NCBI GenBank assembly: GCA_019057795.1
Contig: JAHLWS010000041.1
Span: 1 to 49,125 of the forward strand
From: Promethearchaeota archaeon
Lineage (GTDB): Archaea; Asgardarchaeota; Lokiarchaeia; Sigyniarchaeales; SOKP01
DNA length: 49,125 bases
Reading direction: 5' to 3'
The notes beneath the pieces were generated by a model. That model was given only the letters and a program-made list of their open reading frames with translations. It was not told where the DNA came from and made no database searches. The translations under genes and the position numbers were made by a program. Numbering within the stretch: the first letter of the stretch is position 1; each line of letters begins with the position of its first letter. Shown one piece after another: positions 1 through 10,839 of the stretch.

Positions 1-171
1 TATGCCGGAAAGCGAATTAACAGAGGGCTATTTCGAAGTAAGAAAGGAATTATCTTAAACGCCGATGTCAATGCCGGGTATAATATAATTAAGAAAGTAA
101 TCCCAAATGCCGTAATGGTTGATGGGATAGAGGGTATAGGGTTATATCCATATTCTATTGCTATTTCATAG
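1..171 (+). mobile_element. tnpB: 3' end of IS200/IS605-family TnpB (RNA-guided nuclease) gene, truncated by window start
   Basis: Frame 1 reads YAGKRINRGLFRSKKGIILNADVNAGYNIIKKVIPNAVMVDGIEGIGLYPYSIAIS*. The G-KR-x-RGLF and NADxNAxxNI (RuvC-III) motifs and the DGIEG tail are typical of TnpB C-termini. Not in the supplied ORF track. Confidence 0.88.
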
Positions 172-226
172 CTATAGAACTCAATAGAATGAAATTTTAA
201 TTCCATGTAAGGAAATTAAAAATAAC
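152..226 (+). ncRNA. Putative IS right end / omegaRNA scaffold region
   Basis: Inverted repeats ATTCTATTG (152-160)/CAATAGAAT (182-190) and TTTTAATTCC (195-204)/GGAAATTAAAA (211-221, one bulged A), overlapping and following the tnpB stop. Exact element end is uncertain. Confidence 0.5.
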
Positions 227-332
227 CTGTTTCGAAGTTTTACTTAAAAGAATAATTAATCAAAATATTAATATAAGTTTCCTTCTATATACTTATCCAA
301 GTTATTGTGTAAATGCGAATTTGATGTAAATT

Positions 333-2297
333 ATGGGTTACGGTTTTTTTGGAAAAGTTTTATGGGTTGACTTAACAAACGATAGTTTTGAGGAGGATGA
401 GCTTCCTGAAAACATGTACCGTCAATTCATGGGAGGATATGGGTTAGGGTGTAGATTATTATATGAAAGAATGGACTCAAAAGTAAAACCCTTAAGCCCC
501 GAGTCAATTATAGGATTTTTTCCTGGCCTACTAACTGGTACTGCAGCTCCCTTCTCAGGCAGATTTATGGTTGTAGGAAAATCCCCGCTAACGGGAACAT
601 GGGGTGATGCAAATAGTGGAGGTACTTTTGGACCTGCCATAAAAAAATGTGGTTATGATGGAATTTTGGTTAAAGGTGCTACTAAAAACCCAAAATATAT
701 ATCTATAATTGATGGCAAAGCTGAAATCTTAGATGCTTCTGATATTTGGGGGAATGATGTTATAGAAACAGAGAAGATATTAAAAAAAAAACATGGAAAA
801 TTAATAAAAACAGCAGGTATTGGACAAGCAGGAGAAAATTTATCAAAAATATCTGGAATTGCGAATGATAAAGGAAGAATTGCCGCCCGCTCTGGTTTAG
901 GAGCCGTTATGGGTTCGAAAAAACTAAAAATGATAGTTCTTAAGGGAAATAAGAAAGTTGTAATCTGTAACCGCGAGAACTTTTTGAGTTCAATAAAGGA
1001 TTATTATAAAGTAACGAAGGTTAAACCAATAACTTCTGTGAAAAAGGCTCTCTTAGGGAAGATGTTTGGAATGGTAAAAACCATCCGTAGACTTAAAATT
1101 GGAATGGTTGCTTCACCAAATCTTATGAGAACAATTTATCGCTATTTTGGTACTACTATTGGAAACATAATTGGTGCTGAAACTGGAGATTCTCCCATTA
1201 AAAATTGGTCTGGAATAGGAATGTATGATTTTCCTTACGAAAAATCAAAGTTATTGTCTTCCATTAATATAAACAAATATAAAGTAAAAGAATACGGATG
1301 TTTTAGCTGTCCTGTTCAATGCGGGGCTATTTTAAAAGTCCCTGAATTGGACATTAAAGAAATGCACAGTCCGGAATACGAAACTTGCTGCTCTTTTGGT
1401 TCTCTTTTACTCAACAACGACTTGCTTTCTATATTTAAAATAAATGACCTCTGTAATCGAGCAGCAATCGATACTATTTCCACTGGTGCAACAGTTGCTT
1501 TTGCAATTGAATGTTTTGAAAATAATCTTTTAAATTTAGACGATACCGGCGGATTAGATTTAATGTGGGGTAATAGCAAATCTATAGTAGAATTGGTCCG
1601 CAAAATTATATTAAGAGAGGGTATAGGTGATATATTAGCTGATGGAGCAAAAATCGCTTCTGAAAAAATAGGGAAAAATAGTAAACAATACGCCATAACT
1701 TCATTAGGCTCTGAAATTCCGATGCACGACCCTCGCTATTTTAAATCCTTAGCTTTTACATACGCGTTTGATCCGACCCCTGGAAGGCATACAGCGGCTA
1801 GCATCGATTTTTCTGAAATTGGGCCATTTGATAAATTTGAGAAAAGCTTAAATCTCCCCAAAAAGTGGAAAAAAAACGAAAAAAAGAAGTTAGAGGCACA
1901 GGTTATCAATACGGGCTTCCATCAAATCTTAAACTGTGCCGGTATGTGCATGTTCTCGCCTTCCTTTGGTCCTTATCCTTTTATTGATCTTTTGAATTCT
2001 TTAACGGGCTGGAATACTAATATTGAAGATTATATCAAAACTGGAATAAGAATCCAAACTTTACGTCAAGCTTTCACAATACGAGAAGGTATTAACATAG
2101 CGCAAAACGAATTGCCCGATAGAATAATCGGACTACCACCTGCTGAAAAAGGGCCGTTAAAAGGTAAGACAGTAGAGTATAAGGAATTTTATAAAGAATT
2201 TTGCAACAGAATGGGATGGAATCCTGAAAATGGCTATCCATTAAAAGAGACTTTAAAAGATTTAGAGCTTGAATTCGTAATTAAAGATTTATATTAA
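333..2297 (+). CDS. aor: Aldehyde:ferredoxin oxidoreductase family (tungstopterin) enzyme
   Basis: SPLTG..GDANSGG, AARSGLGAVMGSKKLK, CFSCPVQC, EYET and DTISTG motifs; 654 aa. Confidence 0.93.
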   Translation: MGYGFFGKVLWVDLTNDSFEEDELPENMYRQFMGGYGLGCRLLYERMDSKVKPLSPESIIGFFPGLLTGTAAPFSGRFMVVGKSPLTGTWGDANSGGTFGPAIKKCGYDGILVKGATKNPKYISIIDGKAEILDASDIWGNDVIETEKILKKKHGKLIKTAGIGQAGENLSKISGIANDKGRIAARSGLGAVMGSKKLKMIVLKGNKKVVICNRENFLSSIKDYYKVTKVKPITSVKKALLGKMFGMVKTIRRLKIGMVASPNLMRTIYRYFGTTIGNIIGAETGDSPIKNWSGIGMYDFPYEKSKLLSSININKYKVKEYGCFSCPVQCGAILKVPELDIKEMHSPEYETCCSFGSLLLNNDLLSIFKINDLCNRAAIDTISTGATVAFAIECFENNLLNLDDTGGLDLMWGNSKSIVELVRKIILREGIGDILADGAKIASEKIGKNSKQYAITSLGSEIPMHDPRYFKSLAFTYAFDPTPGRHTAASIDFSEIGPFDKFEKSLNLPKKWKKNEKKKLEAQVINTGFHQILNCAGMCMFSPSFGPYPFIDLLNSLTGWNTNIEDYIKTGIRIQTLRQAFTIREGINIAQNELPDRIIGLPPAEKGPLKGKTVEYKEFYKEFCNRMGWNPENGYPLKETLKDLELEFVIKDLY

Positions 2298-2350
2298 ATA
2301 TACAACTTTAATTACCTATAAGGCTAATTAAATAGAATTATTTTATTCCA

Positions 2351-2836
2351 ATGAATTCTAAGAACAATATTTCAAATGATAAAGAGAATTTAAATTCTTA
2401 TCTTAAAAGGGAGCTATTAAACGATGCAAAGAGGTTAAAAAACAAGTATCCCCCGATTTCAGAAAAAATTAAAGGAGTTCCTAAATCATTAAAAATTAAG
2501 AAGATTTACGAGTTAAAAGAAAATCTTAAAAATCTTTATCTTATTACAGTAAAAAATTACTCTAAAAAGCCAAGATATAGGTTTTTTTTGGCAATATTGT
2601 TAGCTTCTCAAAGTTCCGACCTATTAGTTAGCTTAGCAAAAGGATTCAGTAAAGAACATAATTTAAAATTAATCCAATTCTCAATATATCCTCAACACTT
2701 TAGAGTTAGTTTGTTTTCTTTAAAAGAATTAAACAGTACAGATAACTTATCAGAATCAATCAATTTATTAAAAGAATTCAGAAACAAATATAGAAAAGAG
2801 TTAGATAACCTTAAAAATTTAATTAAAAATGTATAA
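2351..2836 (+). CDS. Hypothetical protein
   Basis: 161-aa ORF filling the gap between aor and pyk; no recognised motif. Confidence 0.7.
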   Translation: MNSKNNISNDKENLNSYLKRELLNDAKRLKNKYPPISEKIKGVPKSLKIKKIYELKENLKNLYLITVKNYSKKPRYRFFLAILLASQSSDLLVSLAKGFSKEHNLKLIQFSIYPQHFRVSLFSLKELNSTDNLSESINLLKEFRNKYRKELDNLKNLIKNV

Positions 2837-2913
2837 TTTTTAACATAGGATACAATATTAATATTAATTATTCTATAATAGAATTTGAATCAAAAATCTA
2901 ATTTTGATGTAAA

Positions 2914-4383
2914 ATGTCATTTAGAGAAAATACTGTTAAAATTATAAGTACTCTTGGTCCCGCTTCGAGTTCAAAACAGATGATTAAGCGTCTAATTGAT
3001 GCCGGCGTTGATATTTTTCGATTGAATTTTTCTCATGGAACACACGATGAAAAGGGTGAACTGGTTGATAGAATTAGAAGCGTAGATGACTATGTTGGAA
3101 TTATGGCAGATATTCAAGGACCTAAAATAAGGGTTGGTAAGTTTAAGAATGACGAGGCATATATATTAAATGTTGGACAACAAGTAGATGTCTACGAAAG
3201 TGAAATCCCTGGAGGTGGAGACCAAACTCAATTTTCCATCCCCTTAGTAGGATTTTTGAAATCAATGAAAAAAGGAGATGTGTTCTATGTTAACGACGGA
3301 ATTATTAAAATTCAAGTTAAAAGTAAAGAAAAGAATAATTTGATAGGAGAAGTAATTGCCGGTGGACTAATAAGCAACAATAAAGGCGTAAATATCCCCA
3401 GTGGAGAATTAAAACAATCAGTTCCCACAGAGAAAGATATTAAAGACCTTGAATTTATTGCTAATCTAAACCCCGAATTCGTAGCAATTTCTTTTGTATC
3501 CAGAGGAGATGATGTCCTTACAGTTAAAAAACTCCTTGAAAATTACGGAAATAACGAAATAAAATTAATTTCAAAGATCGAACGACCTATAGCATTAGAT
3601 AATTTTGATCAAATTTTAGAAGTGTCCGATGGTATAATGGTTGCGAGAGGTGATTTGGGTGTTGAAATTTCTCCAGATCAAGTACCAATTGTGCAAAAAG
3701 AATTAATTTATAAGTGCAATCGAGAAGGAAAACCCGTTATTGTAGCAACCCAAATGCTGGAATCAATGATTAACACGCCAGTTCCAACTAGAGCAGAAGC
3801 AAACGATATATATAACGCAGTTATTGATGGTACTGACGCCGTAATGCTTTCTGCTGAAACAGCAGTCGGAAAATACCCCGTAAATTCTGTCGAATTTATG
3901 AACAAGATTGCTTCAACTGCAAGTTTACACGCGCCATTGAGGTCTCCAGACGATTACGATTCTGATCGATTAACACACACACAAACTCTTGGACACGCAA
4001 TACATGCTCTTGCGTACGAAATGGAAGAATTAAATTTTAGAGGTAAAATTGTAGTTATTACGAGAAAAGGTTACGGGGCTAAAATGATTTCGAAATTTCG
4101 CCCACCCTTACCTATTATCGCGATGACTCCATTTAAAAAAACCGCAAGGGAATTAAACCTAATTTGGGGCGTACAACCCATCCATATAGAAAAAATTGAC
4201 TTTTTTAATTTAGATGTTGAGAGTTTAATCGAACAATCAGTAAGATATGGCGTTAAAACGGGTCACATCGACGAGAATGAGCATGTTATTATTTTATTAG
4301 TCTCGAGAAAATTCCAAAGACGGGGTAACCTTGTCGGTCTTTACTATGTTGGCGAGATACTTGAACCAGATACCAATCAATAA
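2914..4383 (+). CDS. pyk: Pyruvate kinase
   Basis: KIISTLGPAS, RLNFSHG, DIQGPKIR, KIE, DGIMVARGDLGVE, ATQMLESM, DAVMLSAETAVG. Confidence 0.98.
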   Translation: MSFRENTVKIISTLGPASSSKQMIKRLIDAGVDIFRLNFSHGTHDEKGELVDRIRSVDDYVGIMADIQGPKIRVGKFKNDEAYILNVGQQVDVYESEIPGGGDQTQFSIPLVGFLKSMKKGDVFYVNDGIIKIQVKSKEKNNLIGEVIAGGLISNNKGVNIPSGELKQSVPTEKDIKDLEFIANLNPEFVAISFVSRGDDVLTVKKLLENYGNNEIKLISKIERPIALDNFDQILEVSDGIMVARGDLGVEISPDQVPIVQKELIYKCNREGKPVIVATQMLESMINTPVPTRAEANDIYNAVIDGTDAVMLSAETAVGKYPVNSVEFMNKIASTASLHAPLRSPDDYDSDRLTHTQTLGHAIHALAYEMEELNFRGKIVVITRKGYGAKMISKFRPPLPIIAMTPFKKTARELNLIWGVQPIHIEKIDFFNLDVESLIEQSVRYGVKTGHIDENEHVIILLVSRKFQRRGNLVGLYYVGEILEPDTNQ

Positions 4384-4577
4384 TTCAAGTTCAAAAAGCA
4401 TTTAATATTCATTTTTCATTTTCCTAAGTTTCATTAAACTATGTAATTCTTACATACAAACTTATTAAATTATTATGATCAATTTTAAATTTGAAGAATA
4501 AGAATAATATAGTAATTTTAGATTAATTTTCAATAAAATAAACATAAATCTATATTAAGGATAGAGGTAGAAAAAAT

Positions 4578-5000
4578 ATGGGAGAAAGTGAATGGCAACA
4601 TGCTTCATGGGTATCTACTTTAGGAAAATGGGCGTGGATCATTGGAATTCTTAATGGAGTTATAGGAATATTATATTATGTTGTGCTCTCAATCATTTAT
4701 TGGTGGATTCCATTTTATTTGGGATCTCAAATATGGAATATAATTTTAATTATAATTGGAATTGTCATATCGTTTCTAGTTATAAAACCTAAATTCTCGA
4801 AACCATGCGGAGAAAAAGATTGGGATACATTGTATGGCTGGGTATTAAATTTAGGTGGTTTTAATATCCCATGGATGTTGATTTGGGGGATTCTTTTACT
4901 CTATTTTGGATGGTGGAGTTGGGCCGGATATGCAGTTTTAATTCCTGCTGTTATGCTCTTGTTTGTTGGTCCTAAGCCATATGAATGGACTGAGGAATAA
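4578..5000 (+). CDS. Small Trp-rich integral membrane protein, unknown function
   Basis: 140 aa with about 4 hydrophobic segments; GAGGT SD-like motif upstream. Confidence 0.75.
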   Translation: MGESEWQHASWVSTLGKWAWIIGILNGVIGILYYVVLSIIYWWIPFYLGSQIWNIILIIIGIVISFLVIKPKFSKPCGEKDWDTLYGWVLNLGGFNIPWMLIWGILLLYFGWWSWAGYAVLIPAVMLLFVGPKPYEWTEE

Positions 5001-5020
5001 AAATAACTCAAAAATAACTC
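4999..5020. repeat. 11-bp tandem duplication (AAAAATAACTC x2)
   Basis: Read directly between convergent genes, followed by a T-rich tract. Confidence 0.7.
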
Positions 5021-5071
5021 AATTAAATTCTTTTTATTTTCTTTTTATAATATTAAACCGATTAAAAAAAA

Positions 5072-5959
5072 TCATATACTAATATTTAATTTTTTTGAAA
5101 GTTCTTTATATCTGGAGCGAAGTGTAACTTCAGTTACTCCTACTTGATCGGCAATTTCTTTCTGTGTTAATTCTAAGCCCTTTATCTTACTTGCTAAATA
5201 TATTGCCCCTGCTACTATTCCTTTTGGGTCTTTGCCGCTGGTAGAAAAATTAGAAGAAAAAGTATTTACAATTTTTGATGTAGTTCTCTCAATTTCTTGA
5301 TTCAAATTTAATTTAGCCATATATTTCGGAATTAAAGCGCTTGGTTCAGTATTTGGTGCCTTTAAATTTAATTCCCTGATTAAGACTCGATAACATCTTC
5401 TAATATCTTTCGAATTTTCGGACGATTCATCTAAGATCTCTTGGAAGGTTCGTGGTATTCTTTTTAATCTAATCGCAAGATATATGCTTGCAGCTATCAT
5501 TGAATTAATAGATCTTCCCCTAAGTAATTTCTTTTTAAACGCTTCTTTATACAAACGGATCGCTTCAACCTTCACATGATTAGGAAGGTCTAAATTACTG
5601 CAAATTCTTTTTAATTCCGTTGTTGCGATAAGAATATTCCTTTTTTCCCATGTCATTCGAGTATTCCATTTTACAGCTCTTTTTAAGTCTGGATCTTTGA
5701 TGTTCTTTTTGTTAATTACAGTCGTCAAGCCGATGTCTGGAAGTAGACTAGATATAGGGGCACCTGTATGTTCCCTTAATTGCTTTTCTTGGGAAGTATA
5801 AGCTCTTTTATCGCTATGAGATAAATCAACGCTTCTTTCGGCTACTACTAGTCCACACTGAGAACATACAGTTTCTCCTATTTGTCTAATTGAAACTATA
5901 CTACCTCCACATTCAGGGCATAAATCTGATATAATATTTAAGTCTGATACAACATTCAT
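5072..5959 (-). CDS. tfb: Transcription initiation factor IIB (TFB)
   Basis: Zn ribbon CPECGG..CSQCG and two cyclin repeats (LLRGRSI..AASIY; GKDPKGIVAGAIY..TQKEIA..GVTEVTLRSRYKEL); GGTGA SD 4 nt upstream of ATG. Confidence 0.96.
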   Translation of the reverse strand: MNVVSDLNIISDLCPECGGSIVSIRQIGETVCSQCGLVVAERSVDLSHSDKRAYTSQEKQLREHTGAPISSLLPDIGLTTVINKKNIKDPDLKRAVKWNTRMTWEKRNILIATTELKRICSNLDLPNHVKVEAIRLYKEAFKKKLLRGRSINSMIAASIYLAIRLKRIPRTFQEILDESSENSKDIRRCYRVLIRELNLKAPNTEPSALIPKYMAKLNLNQEIERTTSKIVNTFSSNFSTSGKDPKGIVAGAIYLASKIKGLELTQKEIADQVGVTEVTLRSRYKELSKKLNISI

Positions 5960-5971
5960 TTAATCACCTTT

Positions 5972-6994
5972 TTATAATCCTGTTTCTTTTAATTGTTCTA
6001 ATAATTCCTTTTGCTTCTTATTGGTTCTCTTAGGAATTTTAATTTTTACTCTTACTAATTGATTCCCTCTTTCTTCAGAGGTCATTTTATAAAACCCTTT
6101 ATTTTTTAATCGTAAAATCGTCGAATCCTTTGTTCCGGCAGGAATAGTAACGTTTAGAGATTTTTCCAAACCTGGAACTTGAACTTTACCACCAAGCGTG
6201 GCCGTGGTAAATGGAATTTCCTGATCTAGATAAATATCATCACCCTCTCTTTCAAATATTTTATGATTCTTTACATGGATCGCTATATACAAATCACCTG
6301 GAGAACCTCCATTTTCACCGGGCATCCCTTTTCCTTTAAGACGCAATTTTTGTTCGTCCTTAACTCCTCGAGGAATTGTAACTGTTAGCGTTTTATTTGC
6401 TCCCGTAATAGGGTCTTTGTATTGGACCTTTCTCTTTCCTCCAAGAAATGCGTCCATAAATTTAATTTCCATGTCATATCTTAAGTCATCGCCTTCTCTA
6501 GGGATATTTCTTGAACTAGTAGATCTTGCCCTCGTGCTCCCTCCCATATTAGAGAAAACATCAAAAATATCTCCTAAGTCGTTAAAAAAATCATAACCTC
6601 CTGATGTTTGTCTTTTTCGAGAACTTCCAGCATTGCCGAATATCTCGCTAAAATCAAAATTTCCTGGTGAACCAGAGGTTGAATAATAATATGTAGTTCC
6701 ATCTGGGCTTCGATGCACCCTTCTACCTCCAGGTGATCCCCTCCCTTGTTGATATGTAGACGAATCTCCTTCTACAACTCCAAACTTATCGTACATTTCT
6801 CGTTTTTTATCGTCACTTAATAAACCATAAGCTTCATTAATCTCTTTGAATTTGTCTCCTGTTTTTGCCTCATCGGGATTCACATCTGGATGATACTTTC
6901 GAGCTAATTTTCGAAACGCTCTTTTAATTTCTTCTTTTGAAGCGTTTTTCTGTAATCCTAATATTTTATAATAATCTTTTGCCAAATTTTTCAA
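5972..6994 (-). CDS. dnaJ: DnaJ/Hsp40 class II co-chaperone (no Zn-finger domain)
   Basis: J-domain DYYKILG..YHPD, G/F-rich linker and C-terminal domain GDLYI; no CxxCxGxG repeats; TTG start. Confidence 0.93.
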   Translation of the reverse strand: MKNLAKDYYKILGLQKNASKEEIKRAFRKLARKYHPDVNPDEAKTGDKFKEINEAYGLLSDDKKREMYDKFGVVEGDSSTYQQGRGSPGGRRVHRSPDGTTYYYSTSGSPGNFDFSEIFGNAGSSRKRQTSGGYDFFNDLGDIFDVFSNMGGSTRARSTSSRNIPREGDDLRYDMEIKFMDAFLGGKRKVQYKDPITGANKTLTVTIPRGVKDEQKLRLKGKGMPGENGGSPGDLYIAIHVKNHKIFEREGDDIYLDQEIPFTTATLGGKVQVPGLEKSLNVTIPAGTKDSTILRLKNKGFYKMTSEERGNQLVRVKIKIPKRTNKKQKELLEQLKETGL

Positions 6995-7061
6995 CCCCTT
7001 CTTAATTTAAAAATAATAAAAAATATATAAAAAAAATAAATAAAAAAAACTTTATTTAAAC

Positions 7062-8957
7062 TTACTCATATTCAGCATCAACTACGCCTTCGTCTTGCCC
7101 AGTCGCTTTACGGAATTGTTCTTGTTCTATTTCATCTTGGGTTTTACCTTCATATGAAGTGCCACCCATACCTCCAGGTGGAGTTCCTTGATACGCACCC
7201 TGAGATGAACCTTGCTGTTGTCCATACATTCGAGATGAAACTTCGTGTAAAGAATTTTGTAAGACTTCCGTTGAGTTTTTTATGCTAACAACGTCTTCAG
7301 ATTCCATCGCACTCTTTAGATCAGATATTTTTTCAAGAATATTCGATTTCAAATCTCCTATTATCGCTTCGTTTTCTTTTAACAATTTCTCAGTTTGATA
7401 GATTAATGCCTCAGCCTGATTCTTTGCTTCAATTAATTCTTTGAATTTTTTATCCTCTTCAGCATTTTTTTCAGCTTCTCTTACTTTTTGTGCGATTTCG
7501 TCTTCACTCATCTTATTCGATGCAGTGATCGTTATTGATTGACTCTTACCGGTTCCTTTGTCTTCTGCAGAAACACTTATAATGCCGTTTTGGTCGATAT
7601 CAAAAGTTACTTCAATTTGAGGTAAACCTCTAGGAGCTGGTGGAATTCCTGTTAAATGAAACTTTCCTAAAGTTATGTTATCAACAGCTTTTGGTCGTTC
7701 TCCTTGTAATACATGAATCTCCACCGCCGGTTGATTATCGGCAGCAGTGCTAAATATTTGTTTCTTTTCCGTTGGAATCGTTGAATTTCGCTCTATTAGC
7801 TTTGTAAACACGCCTCCCAAGGTCTCAATTCCTAATGATAATGGAGTGACATCTAATAACAACAGATCTTCTACTTCTCCCGTTAAAACACCACCTTGAA
7901 TCGCAGCACCCATCGCAACGCATTCCATAGGATCTATACTCCTTTCTGGTTTTTTCCCTAAAAAGTCTTCGAATATCTTCTGAACGCTAGGCATTCTTGT
8001 TGGTCCGCCAACTAATATGACTTTATCAACTTCCCCTTTGTTTAACCCTGCGTCTTTTAAGGCTTTAATTATTGGAGCTTCTAATCTCTTTAAGATAGGT
8101 TCTATCAACTGTTCTAATTTAGCTCTTGTAATATTCATAGTAAGGTGTTTTGGACCAGAATCTGTTGCTGTAATGTACGGTAAATTAATATCTGTCGAAA
8201 TTGAAGTTGATAATTCAATTTTAGCTTTTTCAACAGCTTCTTTTACTCTCTGCATTGCCATGGAATCATTCTTTAAATCGACTCCCTCATTCTTCTTAAA
8301 TTCTTCGATAAAATAATTCACAAGAATTCTATCCATATCCGTACCGCCTAATTGAGTATCTCCCGCTGTTGAGATTACCTCAAAAACTTGGTTATCCATT
8401 TCCATTACAGTAACATCAAATGTACCACCACCAAGATCTAATACCGCGATTTTTAAACTGACATCCTTCTTGTCTAGTCCATATGCTAAGGCTGCAGCAG
8501 TAGGTTCGTTAATTAAACGTTTTACATTCAATCCCGCGATCTTTCCCGCATCTTTCGTAGCTTGCCTTTGATTATCGTTAAAATATGCCGGTACTGTAAT
8601 GATTACTTCTGTTACTTCCTCTCCTAAGTAAGCGCTTGCGTCTTCCTTGATTTTTCTCAAGATCATTGCAGAAATTTCCTGTGGCTTGTATTCTTTGTTT
8701 TCAATGTTTACTATATAGGACGTTCCCATTTTTCGCTTTATCGCAGTAATCGTGCGATCTGGATTTGAAATTGCCTGTCTTCTCGCTGGTTCTCCTACTA
8801 GTCTTTGCCCGTCCTTAGTAAATGCAACCACCGAAGGAAAAGCTTTCCCCCCTAATGTATTGCCTTCTGCACTAGGAATAATTGTAGGCTTGCCACCAAC
8901 TAATACGGCAGCAGCTGAATTGGAAGTTCCTAAATCTATACCAATTATTTTTGCCAT
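7062..8957 (-). CDS. dnaK: Hsp70 chaperone DnaK
   Basis: [53 protein letters not shown]. Confidence 0.99.
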   Translation of the reverse strand: MAKIIGIDLGTSNSAAAVLVGGKPTIIPSAEGNTLGGKAFPSVVAFTKDGQRLVGEPARRQAISNPDRTITAIKRKMGTSYIVNIENKEYKPQEISAMILRKIKEDASAYLGEEVTEVIITVPAYFNDNQRQATKDAGKIAGLNVKRLINEPTAAALAYGLDKKDVSLKIAVLDLGGGTFDVTVMEMDNQVFEVISTAGDTQLGGTDMDRILVNYFIEEFKKNEGVDLKNDSMAMQRVKEAVEKAKIELSTSISTDINLPYITATDSGPKHLTMNITRAKLEQLIEPILKRLEAPIIKALKDAGLNKGEVDKVILVGGPTRMPSVQKIFEDFLGKKPERSIDPMECVAMGAAIQGGVLTGEVEDLLLLDVTPLSLGIETLGGVFTKLIERNSTIPTEKKQIFSTAADNQPAVEIHVLQGERPKAVDNITLGKFHLTGIPPAPRGLPQIEVTFDIDQNGIISVSAEDKGTGKSQSITITASNKMSEDEIAQKVREAEKNAEEDKKFKELIEAKNQAEALIYQTEKLLKENEAIIGDLKSNILEKISDLKSAMESEDVVSIKNSTEVLQNSLHEVSSRMYGQQQGSSQGAYQGTPPGGMGGTSYEGKTQDEIEQEQFRKATGQDEGVVDAEYE

Positions 8958-8992
8958 TTTTTTTTCACATCTTTTTTTTAATTTTTTTAATT

Positions 8993-9673
8993 TTATAATT
9001 TTGATTTTGATTTTGATATTTTAACCCCAGCGGGTTTCAATACCTTGTTATTTAAATAATAACCTTGATCTATCTCTTCTAAAATAGTATTTTCAGGGAG
9101 ATCTTCGTTATCTTCCACTAATAGACATTCGTGTTTGTAAGGGTCAAATTCCTCGCCCTCTGAATGCATAGGTTTCACCCCTTCATCTTCTAAAAATTTT
9201 TCAAAATTCTCAACAATCATTTTAAAACCTTTTTTTACCGATTCTCCCTTTTTTAACGAATCCAATACTTTCAACGCCCTATGTAAATCTTCGTAGTGCT
9301 TAATTAACTTTTTCAACATTTCCTCTTTTACTCGAAGCCTATACCGTTCGTTCTCGCGATAATTTGCCTTTTTATAATTCTCAAAATCTGCTTGAACTCG
9401 TACCAATGAATTTAAGTATTTCTCAGTTTTTTCTTCTAAATCCTTTAATTGCCTTCCATCTTCTTTTAAGTTTTCAAGCTGCTTATGTAACTCAGTTTTT
9501 TTCGCATCTACCTGATCAAATTTTCTTAGCAACATTTCGTATTTTTCTGCGATCTCCATAAGCTTTTTATACTTCTCTTTTGAAATCGTTACCTTTCGGT
9601 AAGGGTCTTCTAATGACCTTTGAGCGTTAAAATATTCATCGTAATAATCTTCAAATACCATTTTTTCATCCAA
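8993..9673 (-). CDS. grpE: Nucleotide exchange factor GrpE
   Basis: [18 protein letters not shown] and [14 protein letters not shown] motifs; directly upstream of dnaK. Confidence 0.93.
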   Translation of the reverse strand: MDEKMVFEDYYDEYFNAQRSLEDPYRKVTISKEKYKKLMEIAEKYEMLLRKFDQVDAKKTELHKQLENLKEDGRQLKDLEEKTEKYLNSLVRVQADFENYKKANYRENERYRLRVKEEMLKKLIKHYEDLHRALKVLDSLKKGESVKKGFKMIVENFEKFLEDEGVKPMHSEGEEFDPYKHECLLVEDNEDLPENTILEEIDQGYYLNNKVLKPAGVKISKSKSKL

Positions 9674-9694
9674 AATTTTGTCATCAATTCTTTT

Positions 9695-9715
9695 TTGTCA
9701 ACAATCGATTGACAA
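9695..9715. promoter_or_regulatory. Candidate operator of the heat-shock operon
   Basis: Perfect inverted repeat TTGTCAA-N7-TTGACAA between a minus-strand TTTAAATA box (9743-9750) and the grpE start. Confidence 0.45.
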
Positions 9716-9894
9716 TCATTAATATACTTATATTAATTGACCTATTTAAAGGTATCGATTTTAAAAAATAAGCAGTAGAGCCTTTCTAATAGTTAAATCT
9801 TGAGAGTTTTTTAATTTATTATATAATTTAGAATTTAAAAAAAAAGGTAATTTAAAAATAGAATTATATTCAATAGAAATTATTTATTCTTATT

Positions 9895-10676
9895 ATGATT
9901 ACTTGGATTTTAGGCATAATCTTAATTATTTGGGTGATTATAAAACGATATGGCAAAGAGGGCAAGATTAAAGGAGAACCTCTTGGCATGCCACGCGGAA
10001 CAATCAGAGCTCTAAATACCTTCTAATTGTCACTATTCCTTTCAATTATTTGCTTTTAGGTCAAGAAATTCCCGGTATGATAACAAACGCGATTTTTATT
10101 TTAATGGCTTTTTATTTTCAGACAAGAAAAAGTGGAAAAGAAAAACTGAAGCGTATTGTTAAATATGTAAAAAACCCAGAATTACTTGATAGAGAAGAAG
10201 AACCCCAAAAACATCCCCTATATTTACCGAAATTTACGGTTAGAATCTCATTAGTAGTTATTTTATCAGCAATTATCATCATTAATTATTTTGGTCCTAA
10301 TGTTAGCTTTGAATCAACCAATACATTGCTTGATATTTTAATAATAATTAGTTCATATATAGTAGGTGTATTTTTCAGAAATATTAGCGTATCCAAAGAG
10401 AAAAAGCGACTTAAAAAGCAAATAGAAGAAATAGAGAATTATCAATCTCTTTCAAAATACGAAATAATTGAAAAACTCATTGACCAAGAGCCAACCTGGT
10501 TGAAACAAAAGAGTAGTAATTTTCTTTCACTATTAACCTTAACAACTGTTATTACTTCCTTATTGCTTTTTACATTCAATTGGGATTATACTTTCCAAAT
10601 TTTAACGTTGTTTACAGTTTCACTGAGGGAATCTTTATTACTGCTTATCAATGTTTATTACGGTTTTAGAGACTAA
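9895..10676 (+). pseudogene. Frameshifted membrane protein (PLGMPRGTIRA / PLYLPKFTVR internal repeat)
   Basis: ORF 9895-10026 (MITWILG...EPLGMPRGTIRALNTF*) continues in another frame as LLIVTIPFNYLLLGQEIPG into the called ORF 10050-10676. A 1-nt loss near 10019-10020 explains the break. Confidence 0.65.
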
Positions 10677-10839
10677 ATTTAATGCAAATCAAATAATTAT
10701 TTTTTTTTTACTTTTTAATTTAAAAATTATAAGTTGATTTCTTCAAAAGAACCTTGTTCTAGTTTATTATGTAATTTAAACGAAAAATTAATATTTCTTA
10801 ACCAACACACTAATAAAAGGAATATTTGGTAAGGTTATC

